DNA of 64,000 nt from assembly GCA_043228905.1 (NCBI GenBank), contig JBHGNT010000001.1:1612001-1676000 (forward strand), given 5' to 3'. Below are positions 61,336 through 64,000 of the stretch, piece after piece. The position numbers and the translations under genes are program-made. Numbering within the stretch: the stretch's first letter is position 1; each line of letters starts with the position of its first letter. The DNA comes from Azolla caroliniana. Its lineage: Eukaryota; Plantae; Polypodiophyta. The notes under the pieces are model-generated. The model did no database searches. It saw only the letters and a program-made list of their open reading frames with translations, and was not told where the DNA came from.

Positions 61336-64000
61336 GTAGGAGGTTCTTCAACCCGCTGTCGGCCGTCATCGCACAACACAACATTCTGTTTTCGTTTTCT
61401 TTGAAGAACAGACAAGGGAGAAGAAAAAAAGCTCACATCTCACTGTGTTAAATCACAATTGGAGTAACCCAGTCAGTTGTACTCTGTTCCTGTGATTGTA
61501 ACCGCTTGAGGGGAGCTCCTTGAGCAACAACCGACCCAATCGTGCTTCATTCGGCTAAACCACATCCAAATAGGTCACCGGACGCTATTCACCCGCTTAC
61601 TGTAACCACCCATTGCAGATTGGTCTCCTGGCAACAACCACTTCGTGCTTCACTCGGTTGATCGACATTCGGGAGGATCAGTTGGATCCGTCCCTCTCAT
61701 CGTTGCAGTCATCCGAAGCAGAATCGGCCCAAACAATCGGTTTCGTGTAATCGGTATTCGGCATACGATCGGAAGCTAACCGGGCTCACTCCGACTCGGC
61801 AACATTCGGGAAGACCAACCGGTTTTGTCCCTCAAGTTACCGAAGTCACTCCGAGCAAGTTCAGCAACAAGTATCCGAAACTAAACCGACTCGGGTTCAA
61901 AACCGACTAGAACGATATCGGGTGAGTCGATAGGCTGCACCCCACTAAGGTTCGTAGTCAACTCCGAACCGAGTCTTACCAACCGAAACCGAAGCAGATG
62001 GCATCAACATCTGGATCATCGGAGATGAGTCTAAGGAGGTTCGACGGTTCGAACTTCAACTTCTGGAAGGAACAAATGCAAGACTATCTCATAGTCAAGG
62101 GTCAGATAGACCCGATTGAGAATGAAAATCCTCCAAAAGCATACAAGGCAAACGAGTGGCTAAAGCTGGACAGAATCGTCCACGCCACGATTCGGATGCA
62201 CTTGTTGGAGTCAATGTACTTCACAGTGCAATCATGCACGACATCGTTTGAACTTTGAAAAACACTGTTGGAAACTTATGAAAAGAAGGTTGCCGCAATG
62301 AAGATGTATCTCATCCGGCACCTCTACAACTTGCGGATGAAAGAATTTGATTCGGTTCGGGCACACCTCAACGAGTACAAAAGCACAAGCTCCCAAATCT
62401 CGTCTCGAGAACGGCAATCGATGATGAACTCAGAGCAATGATACTCATGAGTAGTCTCCCCTCTTCATGGGAAACTTTCGTTACAACCGTATGCAATGCT
62501 TCAACAGCTGCAATTAAGTACTCCAAAGTCACGAGCGCAATCCTGACTGAATCAACTCGGAGAAAGTCTTTCGCCAAAGACTCGGCAGATAAAGCTTACG
62601 TAGTACAAGGTTCGACCGACCGATCGAACAATCGGGGAAGAAGTTCTTCCCGATCGCCGAACAATCAGCGAAGCTGGAGCAAGTCCCGGGACAACCAAAT
62701 CTGCAACTACTGCAAGAAATCGGGACACATCAAAGCCGACTACCGAGCACTCAAAGCAAAAACCGACAAAGCTCAGAGAGCGGATCAGAAGAGTAACCAA
62801 CATGAGGAGGTCAACTATGTCGGCTCTTCAGCCGAAATTTTGACAATCAACCCGAACATATTGTCCATAGAGAACCTAGTTGAATCAGAAGTTCTGCTTA
62901 CGACCGAGGAATCAAGCACATGGCTCTTGGACTCGGGCGCATCGTATCATGTGACACCTCACCAATCTCAGTTTTGGCAATACTCGGACCAGCACTCTGA
63001 CTCAATTCGAATCGGAAACTTGCAGCACTGTGTTATAATTGGAATCGGCACCATGGACCTCAATCTTCCGGGAGGCTCTACACTCGTACTACACAATGTT
63101 CGACCCGTTCCTGAGCTTTCAAGACCCTTGATCTCAGTCGAACAACTTGACGAAGTCGGCATCCGTGCCGGATTCTCATAAGGAGGGTGGACATTCCACA
63201 AAGGGAACCTCCTGCTTGCTCGAGGACCAAAGGTACATTCCTTGTATCCTTATATGTCACACTCAAAGAGGGTGACTTATTTTTGGTTGATATCCCCATG
63301 TCATCCTTATGGCACGGACAACTTGGACACCTCATCAAGGCCGACATAACGCACCTATCCTGAGCCGGTTACATCCCCAAACTCTCCTTCTCGGATCACC
63401 AATTCTGCAAGCATTGCCAGTACGGCAAACAAGTAGCCACATCACACCCGACATTAGCACCAAGAGAATCGAGTACCCTCGATTTGGTCCACTCAGACGT
63501 CTGTGGCCCGATGCTACATCAGTCTCTCGGCGGTGCTTCGCACTTCGTCAGTTTTATTGACGACTTGACTCGGAAGGTGTGGGCTTACCCCATCAGAACT
63601 AAAGATCAAGTGTTCTCGATCTTCTCTGAATGGCTTGCAATGGTCGAAAATCAGACCGGTCGGAAACTAAAATGTCTCCGAACCGACAATGGAGGAGAAT
63701 TCAAGTCTGAAGAATTCGTCAAATTCTGCCGAGAACGCAGCATCCAACGTGAATATACGGCACCCTATAGTCCGAAGCAGAACAGAATTGCTGAACGCAT
63801 GAATTAGACGATTCAAGAACACGTAGTATTCATGCTCCAACACTCCGGACTGTAAAATGGCTTTTGGGCGGAGGCTCTACTTACGACAGTACACATAATA
63901 AATAGGTCGCCAAGTAGACCTCTAGGACTTCAAATACCTCAGGAAATATGGATCGGCAGCACGCCGAATTATGACAAACTGAGGATCTTCGATTGCGAGG

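Larger units (their letters stand above)
60832..64000 (+). mobile_element. Ty1/copia LTR retrotransposon, disrupted gag-pol, continues past the window
   Basis: Gag from 61998 (FDGSNFNFWKEQMQDYL, LMSSLPSSWE, knuckle CNYCKKSGHIKADY), protease WLLDSGASYH, LWHGQLGH, integrase VHSDVCGP, LRTDNGGEF, ERMN. Integrase directly follows protease (copia order). Stops at 62256, 63179 and 63805, plus frameshifts. Confidence 0.95.

Noticed and set aside
61503-61525. miR159/319-like sequence ttgaggggagctcc
   Set aside because: Partial match only, inside the retrotransposon leader, with no precursor hairpin.

Overview
Eukaryotic, AT-rich, intron-containing land-plant nuclear DNA. Gene content and divergence suggest a seed-free plant such as a small-genome fern (inference only). 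I reconstructed nine protein-coding genes by hand; seven are spliced with phase-consistent GT-AG exons and two are intronless. They are: neutral ceramidase (-, runs off the left edge), a START-domain membrane protein (-), UBLCP1 (+), an AlkB-family dioxygenase (-), a divergent CHUP1-like protein (+), QTRT2 (+), a minimal MsrA (-), an intronless class I TCP factor (+) and an intronless PLS-E PPR protein (-). A decayed Ty1/copia element runs off the right edge. Introns and intergenic DNA hold LINE and gypsy relics, short tandem duplications and microsatellites. The best second-look items are an intact tRNA-derived SINE with a perfect 17-bp target-site duplication, a U12-type intron in QTRT2, in-frame internal duplications and an eroded proline tract in the CHUP1 paralog, and a duplicated splice acceptor in the START gene. 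I found no convincing multi-gene novel system. Exon boundaries and family assignments come from manual reading, with no database searches.
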